Source of the DNA: Acidimicrobiia bacterium
Lineage (GTDB): Bacteria; Actinomycetota; Acidimicrobiia; Spongiisociales; JAHEDJ01
Direction of reading: 5' to 3'
NCBI GenBank assembly: GCA_035471805.1
Contig: DATIPS010000019.1
Location: forward strand, 145 to 64,144
DNA length: 64,000 nucleotides
Position numbers and translations under genes: made by a program. The notes below the pieces were generated by a model. It did not search any database. It saw nothing but the letters and a program-made list of their open reading frames with translations, and was not told the origin of the DNA. Within the stretch, counting starts at the first letter, position 1. The number at the start of each line of letters is the position of its first letter. Below are positions 20,698 through 29,956 of this stretch, one piece after another.

Positions 20698-23231
20698 TCC
20701 TGTCCTCCTGCCGCCACGACTCCCCGATCCGTGTCCCGAATCGCCAGGCGCGCGAGATCCGCCAGGGCGGGAAACCCGTCGCGAATCTGTCGCAGCAAGT
20801 CGAGCACCTGCCTGAGATTACGCACAAAATCACCGGCTGCAACGCCCTCGTCCTCGAGAACCTCTTCGAGTGTGGAACCCGACGCCCACAGGAACACCGT
20901 TTCGGCATATCCAGCTTCGGGTTGCCGGGTGGGCTTCAGGCCTCTCGCGTGTTCCTCTTCGACGAGAAGACGCCACTTGGCTTCGATGAACTTCCAGCGT
21001 TCCTCGAAGGAACGCGTCGGAGAGATGAACCCCTCACCCGAGCCGCGCGGGTCGTACACGAAGATCGAGGCGAGAGCGGCGAGTTCTGCGGCCGAAACGC
21101 CTACGAACGCTCCGCCGCGAATCGATTCGGCGACCAGCAGGTCGAGTTCGTTGTAGACGAGCCGCAACTGCTCACCCTCTTCGGTCAGGTTCCAGCCGTC
21201 CACGTAGCCCAATACGCCGAGCAGATCCAGGATGGCGTCGAACTCCTCGACCAGGTCCGACTCGTCGCCGCCGACGTTTCGGCGACGGCGAGCTATGTCC
21301 TTCTCGAGTCGAAGTGCTTTCTGGGCTGTCCGAACGTGATCGGTCACGTCGGGACAGCTACCGACGGGGTGTCCACCGGATCTCTCAGATATCGTCCAAC
21401 CCAGAATCTCCTCGGTCTCCGGCTCGAAAGCCTTCAGCAAGCGTCCTACCCGGTGATGAAACCGTTGGTCTTTGGGACGATAGGGCTGAGGAAGCTCGAC
21501 TCTGCCGAGGCGAGTTGACCCGGGGGCGAGCTCACGAACCCTGATTCGACGCACTTTCCCCGTCGGCCCCACTACGACGAGTCGCGGGTCGGACGATCGC
21601 CACCGGTCGCGTTGCAACACCACCATTCGATCACCTTCGCGTCCACCGCCCGGTTCGATCACATCGCCCGATTCGAGTTCGAGGACCCCGCGTCCCGAAC
21701 GGGCAACGTCCGCACCCGACATCTCGAGAAACGCGAATACGTCCCCGCGCTCACATACGGCCGATGCCCGCAGCCTGGAAAGCTCCTTCTCGAGATTCAC
21801 GATTGCGTCCAGCGCCGCCTGCGCCGCGCTCCGGCGCTGGAACTGAGCAAACGAGGACTCGAGGAGGCGTTGGGCCTCCTCCTGCTCGTAGTTGGCAACC
21901 AGGTTGGCGGCCATGTTGTAGGTGGGCCGGAAGCTGGATCGAAGGGGATGAGCTCCGGCCGCGGCAATCGAAGCGACACGATCGAAACCAACGAACGGCG
22001 AGTACAAGGCGACGCCGAAGCCGTGATCGTCGATACCGCGCCTTCCCGCCCTCCCGGTCAGCTGTGTGTAGTCACCGGGCGCGAGGAGTTCGTGAGTCTC
22101 GCCGTTGAACTTCGTCATGCTCTCCAGCACCACCGTCCGGGCAGGCATGTTTATCCCCAGCGCCAGTGTTTCGGTCGCGAAGACAACCTTCACGAGGCCG
22201 GCCGTGAACGCCTCTTCAACGGCTTCCTTGAACGCCGGAACCATCCCGGCATGGTGGGCGGCAACACCGGATTCGAGTTGACCGAGCCACCGGTCGAAAC
22301 CGAGGGCGCGCATGTCCCGGGTGGCGAGATGAGCCGTTCGCCGATCGACGATCTCCCTCAACCTCTCGCGATCGTCCCGATCGACCAGCCCGAGCCCGGC
22401 TGAAGCCAGCGTGGCCGCCGCCCCGTCGCACCCCGCCCGGCTGAAGATGAAGTAGATGGCGGGAAGCATCTCCGCCCGCGCCAGGTGCTCGACTACGTCT
22501 AGCCGGCGTGGCGTGACGAATCTTCTGCGCCGGCCCTTCTGCTGACTCAGAAGGCGGTCAACTGCCGGGTTCGGGCGCGGTCTCTTCTCACCGACAAACG
22601 TAGGGAACAGCTTGAGCGGGTCTTCGGCCCACAGATCCTTCACGGAATAGAGGCTCTCGAGCGGCACCGGCCGCTTCGTTTCCACGACCAGAGATGTGGA
22701 ACCTCTTCTCTCCCGCACCCAGTCGGCCAGTTCGCCGGCGTTGGCGATGGTCGCCGACAGACAGACGAGACGTATGTGGTCCGGCGCATGAATGATGATT
22801 TCTTCCCAGACGGGCCCCCTCACCGGATCCTGCAGGTAATGGACCTCGTCGAGAACGACCGTCTCGACGGAAGACAGAGCGTCGGACTGAAGATAGATCA
22901 TGTTTCTCAGAACTTCGGTGGTCATGACGACAACCGGCGCCTCACCGTTGATCGAGTTGTCCCCGGTCAGCAATCCGACCCGTTCCTGCCCGTATACGAG
23001 AGACAAATCCGCGAACTTCTGGTTGCTGAGCGCCTTGATCGGGGTCGTGTAGAAGGCTCGGCCGCCGCCCTCGACGGATCTGTGAACCGCTGCCTCGGCG
23101 ATGAGGGTCTTTCCCGCTCCCGTCGGAGCGGATACCACAATTGACTCGTTCCGCTCCAGAATCTCGAATGCCCGTCTCTGGAACTCATCCGGCTCGAATG
23201 CGAGTTGCGAGACGTACCGGTCGAGGCTCAT
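20694..23231 (-). CDS. helY: Ski2-like DEAD/DEAH-box RNA helicase (HelY)
   Basis: Walker A APTGAGKT, DEVH box (VLDEVHYL), SAT, helicase C motifs, C-terminal DSHCT-like region. ATG verified at 23229-23231 (MSLDRYVSQLAFEPDEFQ). 146 upstream codons of track ORF rejected. Adjacent to tatC as Rv2092c. Confidence 0.85.
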   Translation of the reverse strand: MSLDRYVSQLAFEPDEFQRRAFEILERNESIVVSAPTGAGKTLIAEAAVHRSVEGGGRAFYTTPIKALSNQKFADLSLVYGQERVGLLTGDNSINGEAPVVVMTTEVLRNMIYLQSDALSSVETVVLDEVHYLQDPVRGPVWEEIIIHAPDHIRLVCLSATIANAGELADWVRERRGSTSLVVETKRPVPLESLYSVKDLWAEDPLKLFPTFVGEKRPRPNPAVDRLLSQQKGRRRRFVTPRRLDVVEHLARAEMLPAIYFIFSRAGCDGAAATLASAGLGLVDRDDRERLREIVDRRTAHLATRDMRALGFDRWLGQLESGVAAHHAGMVPAFKEAVEEAFTAGLVKVVFATETLALGINMPARTVVLESMTKFNGETHELLAPGDYTQLTGRAGRRGIDDHGFGVALYSPFVGFDRVASIAAAGAHPLRSSFRPTYNMAANLVANYEQEEAQRLLESSFAQFQRRSAAQAALDAIVNLEKELSRLRASAVCERGDVFAFLEMSGADVARSGRGVLELESGDVIEPGGGREGDRMVVLQRDRWRSSDPRLVVVGPTGKVRRIRVRELAPGSTRLGRVELPQPYRPKDQRFHHRVGRLLKAFEPETEEILGWTISERSGGHPVGSCPDVTDHVRTAQKALRLEKDIARRRRNVGGDESDLVEEFDAILDLLGVLGYVDGWNLTEEGEQLRLVYNELDLLVAESIRGGAFVGVSAAELAALASIFVYDPRGSGEGFISPTRSFEERWKFIEAKWRLLVEEEHARGLKPTRQPEAGYAETVFLWASGSTLEEVLEDEGVAAGDFVRNLRQVLDLLRQIRDGFPALADLARLAIRDTDRGVVAAGGQE

Positions 23232-23938
23232 TTCCTCAGGGTCCACCTGATCAGCCAGATGGTTATCTCGTAGAGGAGGTAGAGCGGACCGCTCAACAAG
23301 AGCAGCGTATAGGGATCCCCCGTCGGCGTGACCACGGCTGCGACGACCACGATGATCGTCACAGCCCATCGGCGGTTGTCGGCCAGCTTCTTGGACGAAA
23401 CCAAGCCGGCTGCCGCCGTCGCGAACAGGAAGACCGGGAACTCGAACGAGAGACCGAATACGAGGAGAAAGAGAGTTACGAACTTCAGGTACTCGGTTAT
23501 CTGCAGCCGGAACTCCACGTCCAGCACAGAAGCGAAGAACTCCAGACCGCGCGGCAGGACCGAGTAGGCGAAGACGACACCGCCCGCGAACAAGACGACG
23601 AGGGCCGCCACGATCGGGATGGTCCACTTGCGTTCTCTCTTGCTCAGCGCCGGATTTATGAAGGCCCACAACTGGTACAAGAGAACGGGGCTGGCGAGGA
23701 GCAAACCTCCGAAGAAGGCCAACCGCATGGCCGATCCGAAGGCCTCGGTCGGCTTGAGTGCGATCAGCTCGTTGTCGCCGCCTATGTCACGGTAGGGCTG
23801 AACCAGGATGTCGAGAATCCAGTCGCGAAACACGAACGCGACAATCGACGTGACCACCAGGGCCAATGAGGACTTGACGACGCGCCAGCGGAACTCCTCG
23901 AGATGCTGGAGAATGGTCTGGCGACGCTCGTCGTTCAA
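23228..23938 (-). CDS. tatC: Sec-independent translocase TatC
   Basis: Six-TM TatC with conserved HLEEFRWR, FINPAL and GDP motifs. 4-nt overlap with helY. Confidence 0.9.
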   Translation of the reverse strand: MNDERRQTILQHLEEFRWRVVKSSLALVVTSIVAFVFRDWILDILVQPYRDIGGDNELIALKPTEAFGSAMRLAFFGGLLLASPVLLYQLWAFINPALSKRERKWTIPIVAALVVLFAGGVVFAYSVLPRGLEFFASVLDVEFRLQITEYLKFVTLFLLVFGLSFEFPVFLFATAAAGLVSSKKLADNRRWAVTIIVVVAAVVTPTGDPYTLLLLSGPLYLLYEITIWLIRWTLRK

Positions 23939-24372
23939 TCGGGATCCCCATCGAGCAGGTCCTCACCGGCATCTATCCGGTTGAGGTCTTCAAGAGCCTC
24001 TTCCGGGGTCGGGCCGGTCGGGGCCACCGGACCAACCCACTCAGCTTTAGCGTCCCGGCCGAGATTCTTGACGTCACCCTCGATATCCGCGAGCGGCTTT
24101 TTGAAATCCTTCTTCAGGTCATCGAGAGGGCCCTTGAGGTCCTTCTTGATCTGCTCGACCGGGCCGGTCAGTTCCTTCTTGATCTCCTGAATGGGCTCGT
24201 TGATGACGGCGACTTCCCGCTCGATCCCCCGCCGGAAGTCGCGCGAGATCGTTCGCAACTCGCGCGCCCACTGGCCCGCCTTGCGGCTGATCTCGGGCAG
24301 CCTGTGCGGGCCGAAGACGATCAGAACGACGAGACCGATGATCGCGAACTCAGTGAGAGAAACATCTGGCAT
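23935..24372 (-). CDS. tatA: Sec-independent translocase TatA/E family
   Basis: N-terminal TM + hinge FGPHRLPEISRKAG (FG..KLP motif). Unusually long (145 aa) with Lys-rich tandem repeats (PIQEIKKELTG / PVEQIKKDLKG / PLDDLKKDFKK) and acidic tail. Confidence 0.85.
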   Translation of the reverse strand: MPDVSLTEFAIIGLVVLIVFGPHRLPEISRKAGQWARELRTISRDFRRGIEREVAVINEPIQEIKKELTGPVEQIKKDLKGPLDDLKKDFKKPLADIEGDVKNLGRDAKAEWVGPVAPTGPTPEEALEDLNRIDAGEDLLDGDPD

Positions 24373-24500
24373 GTGCTCGACATGCTAGGAGGATTCGCAG
24401 GGTTGTCGCCTCAGGAGTCCGGCCGGCGAGTCTGAATGCGTAACGGCCGTCGCCGGCACCGCCCTTGGAGGGTCACCAAACGCCCGAAAGCGGTCGTCGA

Positions 24501-24824
24501 TCAGGTGGCGATGAGGCGAACGAGATCTTCTTCACCCTGCATAGCCAGCGCAAAGGCGGCGATCTCGTCTTCTGTTATCGGGTCCGTCGGGAGCACGTCG
24601 TATGCAACGCCGGTGGCGAGCAGCACACTCACAACACGGGCATTGGCCGGTCGACGCTGGATGTGGTCGCATTCAGGGCAAGTGAATCGGTAGTTGCCTG
24701 CGTCCTTCATCGGGTCGAGTTCGAGTCGCAAGTCCTTGGGGTGCAACTCGATGTCTCCGCACATCCGACAGGTGGTTTTGATGGTGGTCATCTTCTCGGT
24801 TCTCCGCGACCGTCTACTTGTCAC
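24501..24824 (-). CDS. zinc-ribbon hypothetical protein (possibly DUF3039-like)
   Basis: CRMCG...CPECDH four-Cys ribbon in N-terminal half, 107 aa, between tatA and pafC. Confidence 0.45.
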   Translation of the reverse strand: MTSRRSRRTEKMTTIKTTCRMCGDIELHPKDLRLELDPMKDAGNYRFTCPECDHIQRRPANARVVSVLLATGVAYDVLPTDPITEDEIAAFALAMQGEEDLVRLIAT

Positions 24825-24888
24825 AGGTATCGGTGGCGCGAGGCGCGAACTGAAGAGGTTTCGCGACGGCAGGGGCAGATTCGTGGTG

Positions 24889-25821
24889 CTAGTCCCCGGA
24901 CCCGTACCGCGTCAGGATCCTGGCACGAAGGTCGGAGAGCGCTTCGGCAACGCCCGGGCCTTCGACGAGCTCCGCTTCGTTGCCGAGCCTCAGCAGAAGG
25001 CGAGCTATCACCGCGACGTCGCCGGCAGAGAACCTGATGACCAGACCGGTCGTGTCGTCTTCCACGATCTCGATCGGGTAATACTCGGCGACCCACCTCG
25101 CCCGGTTGGTCAGCCGGATCGTGGCCCGTACGTCATCTTCGCCCGGCAGATACCTGACCTCGACCGCCGGCGGATGCTCGGGTTTGGCGAAGGCCTCGTC
25201 GGTGAAGTTCGCCTCTCTGATGCGATCCACCCGGAAGATTCGCTCACCTCCTGCGGATCGGCAATAGGCCGACAAATACCAGTTGCCGAGGGCGGACGCG
25301 ACACTCCAAGGCTCGACCGATCGCTCTTTTGTCTCGCCTTTGCCGAGCGACGCGTAGACGATGTCTACGACGTGACCCTCGGCTGCAGCCTTGCGGAGCA
25401 GGCCCACGAGCTGCGGTTCACCTGCCAGGTCCACGGTGAGTACCTCTGCGCCGTCCGGCGTCAGTGCCGCACTGAGCTTCTCAACCGCACGCTCGAGAGA
25501 AGGAGGTGCTTGACCGCTGCTGATAACCGCCAGGCCGGAAGCCAGCAGACCCAGACCCTCGGCAGGTGTGAGCCGCAACGGTCTGGCGAAATAGTCGGCC
25601 ATGTCGACGACGACCTCATCGTCTTCCACATAGGCGACCATCAGATCACCGGGACCGTAGCCGGGGAGCCCGCAGACGAAGACGAGATCGAGATCCGCTA
25701 TCAACTCTTTGCCGGAATAGCCGAAGCGCTCGCACACCTCGTCCACGGTCGCTCCCGGGTTGGCTATTACCCACGGCAACATCGACAGGATCCGATTCAA
25801 GCGTTGGGCGGTCCGGTTCAT
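24889..25821 (-). CDS. pafC: proteasome accessory factor PafC (HTH + WYL domain)
   Basis: N-terminal wHTH (RLNRILSMLPWVIANPGATVDEV), WYL-like region (HVVDIVYAS...SVEPWSVASALGNWYLSAYCR). Immediately downstream of pafB. Confidence 0.8.
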   Translation of the reverse strand: MNRTAQRLNRILSMLPWVIANPGATVDEVCERFGYSGKELIADLDLVFVCGLPGYGPGDLMVAYVEDDEVVVDMADYFARPLRLTPAEGLGLLASGLAVISSGQAPPSLERAVEKLSAALTPDGAEVLTVDLAGEPQLVGLLRKAAAEGHVVDIVYASLGKGETKERSVEPWSVASALGNWYLSAYCRSAGGERIFRVDRIREANFTDEAFAKPEHPPAVEVRYLPGEDDVRATIRLTNRARWVAEYYPIEIVEDDTTGLVIRFSAGDVAVIARLLLRLGNEAELVEGPGVAEALSDLRARILTRYGSGD

Positions 25822-26741
25822 GCGACCCCTCCGACGCGTTGCACGAGACGGGTCCGCAGCGCCGCCGGAGCCAGTACCTCCGCCTTGTCCTCGAAGACCA
25901 GCAACCAGCCGATGAATGCGTCTTCGTTGGCGACATCCATCTGTGCCGTGATCGATCCGTCAGCGTGGTGTTCTCTCACTGCGTTGGACGGGAGTTGCCG
26001 CTCGGCCCACCATGAAACTTCCGCATCGAAACGAACCTCCGCCCGGACATCCTCCTCACCGGCCTCCCACGGTGCGCGTGGGATGGCATCCGAAGCCTTG
26101 AAGCCGGGAGGACGGTCGAATGCGCGGGGCTCGGAGGTCACGATCATGTGCGACGTCTTGTCGACCCGGAATGCCCTGACGCCTTGCCCCGGCGCATGTC
26201 CGACCAAGTACCAGTGGCCGCGCTGGTGAACCAGGCCATACGGGTGCAAGCGACGGCCGCTGCCTCGGTAGGTGAACTCGAGGACGGAACGATCTGCGAC
26301 CGCTTGAAATGCCGTCGCCAGCCCGGCGGAGCCGAGGCCCAGTTCGGCTGCGAGAGGCTCGCCGCCTCCTGAGAACGGAATCCCACCCAGCTTCAGGAGA
26401 GCATCGGGACCCTGAGGTTGCCCGCCGAGCCGAACGATCTGCGCGGCGAGCCAGAGTGCTGTGCGTTCTTCATCGGTCAGGCCCGGATCGTCGAGCTGAT
26501 ACTCGTCCGGAGGGAGGAAGTAGCCGAACTCCACCTCCCAGATGTCCGTCGGCCGGAGTTCCAGCGGGATGCCCATCTCGCGCAGGAGATCCTTGTCCCG
26601 CTCGAACATGCGATGGAACGCCTCGTCGCTCTTGTCCTCGTAGCCGGCAACGGTGTGCCGAATCTCATCGGCGGTGACCGGCCGTCCCGCCGTGAGTAGA
26701 CAGGCGAGAAGGTTCAACAGGCGTTCTAGAACGTTCTTCAT
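25818..26741 (-). CDS. pafB: proteasome accessory factor PafB (HTH + WYL domain)
   Basis: wHTH N-terminus (VLERLLNLLACLLTAGRPVTADEI), WYL region (LHPYGLVHQRGHWYLVGHA). 4-nt overlap with pafC. Confidence 0.8.
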   Translation of the reverse strand: MKNVLERLLNLLACLLTAGRPVTADEIRHTVAGYEDKSDEAFHRMFERDKDLLREMGIPLELRPTDIWEVEFGYFLPPDEYQLDDPGLTDEERTALWLAAQIVRLGGQPQGPDALLKLGGIPFSGGGEPLAAELGLGSAGLATAFQAVADRSVLEFTYRGSGRRLHPYGLVHQRGHWYLVGHAPGQGVRAFRVDKTSHMIVTSEPRAFDRPPGFKASDAIPRAPWEAGEEDVRAEVRFDAEVSWWAERQLPSNAVREHHADGSITAQMDVANEDAFIGWLLVFEDKAEVLAPAALRTRLVQRVGGVA

Positions 26742-26855
26742 TCCCGCGACAGGGTACGTCCCGTCGGCCGCAGGGGGAAGGACCTCGGCCGCCGGATCGG
26801 GATCGATTGAAGGGCCGGCGGTGCCTCCCCTCGCGTTGCCGGCACCCGGCGGCGA

Positions 26856-28211
26856 CTAGAGGCTCGAAATGAGCTTGTCGACGCGTTCATCCTGCGATTT
26901 GAACGGGTCTTTGCACAATACGGTTCGCTGTGCCTGGTCGTTCAGCTTGAGGTGCACCCAGTCCACCGTGTAATCCCGCTGCTTCTGCTTGGCGGCGCGA
27001 ATGAAATCACCCCGCAGGCGGGCCCGGGTGGTCTGCGGCGCCCTCTCGATCGCATCTTCGATCGCACGGTCGGTGACCACCCGATCAACGAACCCCTTCC
27101 GATCCAGCATGTAGAAGAGGCTGCGCCTGCGGGTCACGTCGTGATAGCTGAGGTCGATCATGGCGAGCCGGGCACTCGACATGGACAACCGGTGGCGTTC
27201 GCGATAGCGCTCGATGAGGTGGTATTTCATCACCCAGTCGACCTCACGATCGAGCCGGAGCGGATCTTTCTCGAGGTTGGTCAGGAGGTGTTCCCACATC
27301 TCGACGGCACGCTGAACCGGCGCCGGGAATCCGACCGTGCGGGAGTAGCGGAGGGCCCGGTCGAAGTACTCCCATTGAATGTCGAGGGCATTCAGTTCTC
27401 TCCCGTTCTGGAGCTTGATGGGCCGCCGGCAAGTGATGTCGTGGCTGATCTCCCTGATCGCTCGGATCGGATTCTCGAGAGCCAGGTCCCGGAACACGAC
27501 GTCGTCTTCGAGCATCTGCAGGATCGCCGCCACCGTTCCAACCTTCACAAACGTGGCGTACTCGGACATGTTGGAATCGCCTGCGATGACGTGCAGCCTT
27601 CGATAACGCTCTGCGTCGGCGTGAGGCTCGTCCCTGGTGTTGATGATCGGGCGACTCCTGGTGGTTGCGGACGACACCCCCTCCCAGATGTGTTCGGCGC
27701 GCTGAGCGATGCTGAAGGTCGTCCCGCGGGCGGTCTGGAGCAGCTTGCCGGCGCCTGTGAATATCTGCCGGGACACGAGAAACGGAAGCAAGGTGTCGAC
27801 GGTTCGCTGGAAGTCGCTGTGACGGCTGAGCAGGTAGTTCTCATGGCATCCGTAGGAGTTGCCTGCAGAATCCGTGTTGTTCTTGAAGAGATAGATCTCA
27901 CCCTTGATCCCCTCCTCTTCCAGCTGCTCCTCGGCTGCGCTCACCAGGTCTTCGAGTATCCGCTCGCCCGCCTTGTCGTGGGCGACGAGGTCGTAGAGGC
28001 TGTCGCATTCAGGGGTGGCGTATTCAGGATGAGATCCCACGTCCAGATACAGGCGTGAACCGTTCTCGAGGAAGACGTTCGAAGAGCGTCCCCAACTCAC
28101 GACCCGGCGAAAGAGATAGCGAGCCACCTCATCGGGGCTGAGACGTCGCTGCCCGCGCAAGGTGCAGGTGACCCCGTATTCGTTTTCGAGCCCGAAGATG
28201 CGACGCTCCAT
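26856..28211 (-). CDS. pafA: Pup--protein ligase PafA
   Basis: [11 protein letters not shown]-terminus and carboxylate-amine ligase fold shared with Dop. 451 aa as mycobacterial PafA. Confidence 0.9.
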   Translation of the reverse strand: MERRIFGLENEYGVTCTLRGQRRLSPDEVARYLFRRVVSWGRSSNVFLENGSRLYLDVGSHPEYATPECDSLYDLVAHDKAGERILEDLVSAAEEQLEEEGIKGEIYLFKNNTDSAGNSYGCHENYLLSRHSDFQRTVDTLLPFLVSRQIFTGAGKLLQTARGTTFSIAQRAEHIWEGVSSATTRSRPIINTRDEPHADAERYRRLHVIAGDSNMSEYATFVKVGTVAAILQMLEDDVVFRDLALENPIRAIREISHDITCRRPIKLQNGRELNALDIQWEYFDRALRYSRTVGFPAPVQRAVEMWEHLLTNLEKDPLRLDREVDWVMKYHLIERYRERHRLSMSSARLAMIDLSYHDVTRRRSLFYMLDRKGFVDRVVTDRAIEDAIERAPQTTRARLRGDFIRAAKQKQRDYTVDWVHLKLNDQAQRTVLCKDPFKSQDERVDKLISSL

Positions 28212-28305
28212 GAAGCCAGCGTACTGCTACGGCTGCGAAAGAGGACCGCGCCGCCCTGACGATGGGCCGGACCGCTGCCGCTTCAATCCCGTTCCAGGAA
28301 CCCGC

Positions 28306-28968
28306 TCAGCCGGCCAGTTCGGCCTCCGAGAGGCGACGGAATGTCCGCCGGCCGCGGGTCCGGTCCAAGACGGCACCTTCCCATCCTTCGATACCAGGAT
28401 CGCTGTTCAGCGACCGGAACGCTTCCTTGGCGATCTCCAGTGCTCGTTCGTAGGACTGACCTGTTTCGAAGTGACTGCGGAGATACGCGACCAGTTCCTC
28501 TGCCTGACCCCCGATTGCCCCCACTTCGTGCTCGTCGGACAGGGTGCCGTCGTAGAGAATCTTGAACATGTCCGAGCCGGTCTCGGATATGCCGACCACG
28601 AGGATCTCGACCTCATACGGCTTGACCTCATGCGTGAAGATGTTTCCCAGGGTCTGTGCGAATGCATTCGCCAGCCCTTTCACGTCGACATCGGGGCGGC
28701 CGTACATGTATCCCTTGATGTCTGCGTGTCGGATGCCGGCCACCCTGAGGCTCTCGAACTCGTTGTAACGGCCGACGCCGGCAAAGGCGATCCGGTCGTA
28801 GATCTCGGAGAGCTTGTGCAGCGTCCGGCTGGGGTTCTCGGCCAGCAGAAGCGCGCCCTGGTCGAACTCGACGGCTGCGATGCTCCTGCCGCGGGCAATG
28901 CCCTTCCTCGCATATTCGGCGCGATCTTTGATGAGTTGTTCCGGTGGAACGTAGAAAGGCATGCTCAT
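28306..28968 (-). CDS. prcA: 20S proteasome alpha subunit
   Basis: Alpha-type (no propeptide/Thr1). MSMPFYVPPEQLIKDRAEYARKGIARGRS as actinobacterial PrcA. 4-nt overlap with prcB. Confidence 0.9.
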   Translation of the reverse strand: MSMPFYVPPEQLIKDRAEYARKGIARGRSIAAVEFDQGALLLAENPSRTLHKLSEIYDRIAFAGVGRYNEFESLRVAGIRHADIKGYMYGRPDVDVKGLANAFAQTLGNIFTHEVKPYEVEILVVGISETGSDMFKILYDGTLSDEHEVGAIGGQAEELVAYLRSHFETGQSYERALEIAKEAFRSLNSDPGIEGWEGAVLDRTRGRRTFRRLSEAELAG

Positions 28969-29756
28969 CGCACGGCCTCCAACGCGGCAATCGCAACAGG
29001 TTGTATCCGAGCCTCGTCCAGTTCGTCGTACCCGGACGATCCGACGGTCACAACGGTCGGAAAGATACCGCGGCGCGGGTCGGGCCCGGCCGTGGCCACA
29101 TCCTGCTCGGCGGCTGCAACCAGGGCCTCCATGGCCAGAGAGAGGGCTTCGGGCTCCTCCAGATCGGGGCGGTAGCGATTACGCAGGTAGGACCGGGCCT
29201 CACGAGATCCGGAACCCGTCGCACCAAAGTCTTCTTCTTCGTAGCGTCCGCCGATCACATCGAAGGTGAACAGGCGCCCAACTTCCTCGAGTTCGTCGTA
29301 TCCGGCAAAGAGAGGAACGACCACGAGGCCCTGAAATACCATCGGCAGCTGTTGGCGGACCATACGGGCCAGGTGGGTCGCCTTGCCCTCGAGGCTCAAC
29401 CGGGAGCCCTCGAGCTTCTCGTAGTGCTCTAGTTCGGTTTGAAACAATCTGACCATGTCCACCGCCAGGCCGGCTGTGCCGGAGATCGCCACGACGCTGA
29501 ACTGGTCGGTGGGGAAGACCTTCTGCATGCGCCGGTGGGCTACCGAGTAGCCCTCGGTGGCCTGCCGGTCGCCGATCATTACGACTCCGTCCCTGTAGCG
29601 AGCCGCCAGTACCGTCGTCGCTTCGGGAGTTTCCAGGGAGCCCAGGTTGGCGGCGTTCACCGGCCAGGTTGGCTCGAGCTGCAGAGATCTGAGCAGCTGT
29701 GTGAAACCGGGTCCGTCGGAGAAATCGAGGCCCTTGGGCATGAGTCGATGGATCAC
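28965..29756 (-). CDS. prcB: 20S proteasome beta subunit (with propeptide)
   Basis: Propeptide followed by processing site ...PEATTVLAARYRDGVVM (catalytic Thr). Beta-type fold. Confidence 0.9.
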   Translation of the reverse strand: MIHRLMPKGLDFSDGPGFTQLLRSLQLEPTWPVNAANLGSLETPEATTVLAARYRDGVVMIGDRQATEGYSVAHRRMQKVFPTDQFSVVAISGTAGLAVDMVRLFQTELEHYEKLEGSRLSLEGKATHLARMVRQQLPMVFQGLVVVPLFAGYDELEEVGRLFTFDVIGGRYEEEDFGATGSGSREARSYLRNRYRPDLEEPEALSLAMEALVAAAEQDVATAGPDPRRGIFPTVVTVGSSGYDELDEARIQPVAIAALEAVR

Positions 29757-29956
29757 TCGCCGCCTTTCTGAACGTAGTTCTTGACGAACTCCTCGGCGTT
29801 TTCCTCGAGCACCGAGTCGATTTCGTCGAGAAGTTCGTCGATCTTCTCGGTAGCCTCCGACACCTTCGTGTCGACGGCGATCTCTTCGGATTCAGACGTC
29901 TTCGCGGCCGGTGTCTGTTGCTTCTTCTGTTCCTGCTCGGCCATCACTACCTCCAA
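29753..29956 (-). CDS. pup: prokaryotic ubiquitin-like protein Pup (C-terminal Glu variant)
   Basis: Acidic, disordered-like 63-67 aa protein ending ...EEFVKNYVQKGGE (GGE not GGQ). Start ATG at 29956 or 29944 (MAEQEQKK). Overlaps dop 3' end by 53-65 nt. 4-nt overlap with prcB. Confidence 0.85.
   Translation of the reverse strand: MEVVMAEQEQKKQQTPAAKTSESEEIAVDTKVSEATEKIDELLDEIDSVLEENAEEFVKNYVQKGGE

Noticed and set aside
19285-21156. 623-aa plus-strand ORF, Ser/Arg-rich (SSSSASSSSRAS...)
   Set aside because: Lies antisense to the DagK-like and DUF4193 genes. Low-complexity composition typical of GC-rich off-frame reading. No motifs.
24694-26229. 511-aa plus-strand ORF
   Set aside because: Antisense to pafC/pafB, which carry clear HTH and WYL signatures. 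Composition is Arg-rich noise.
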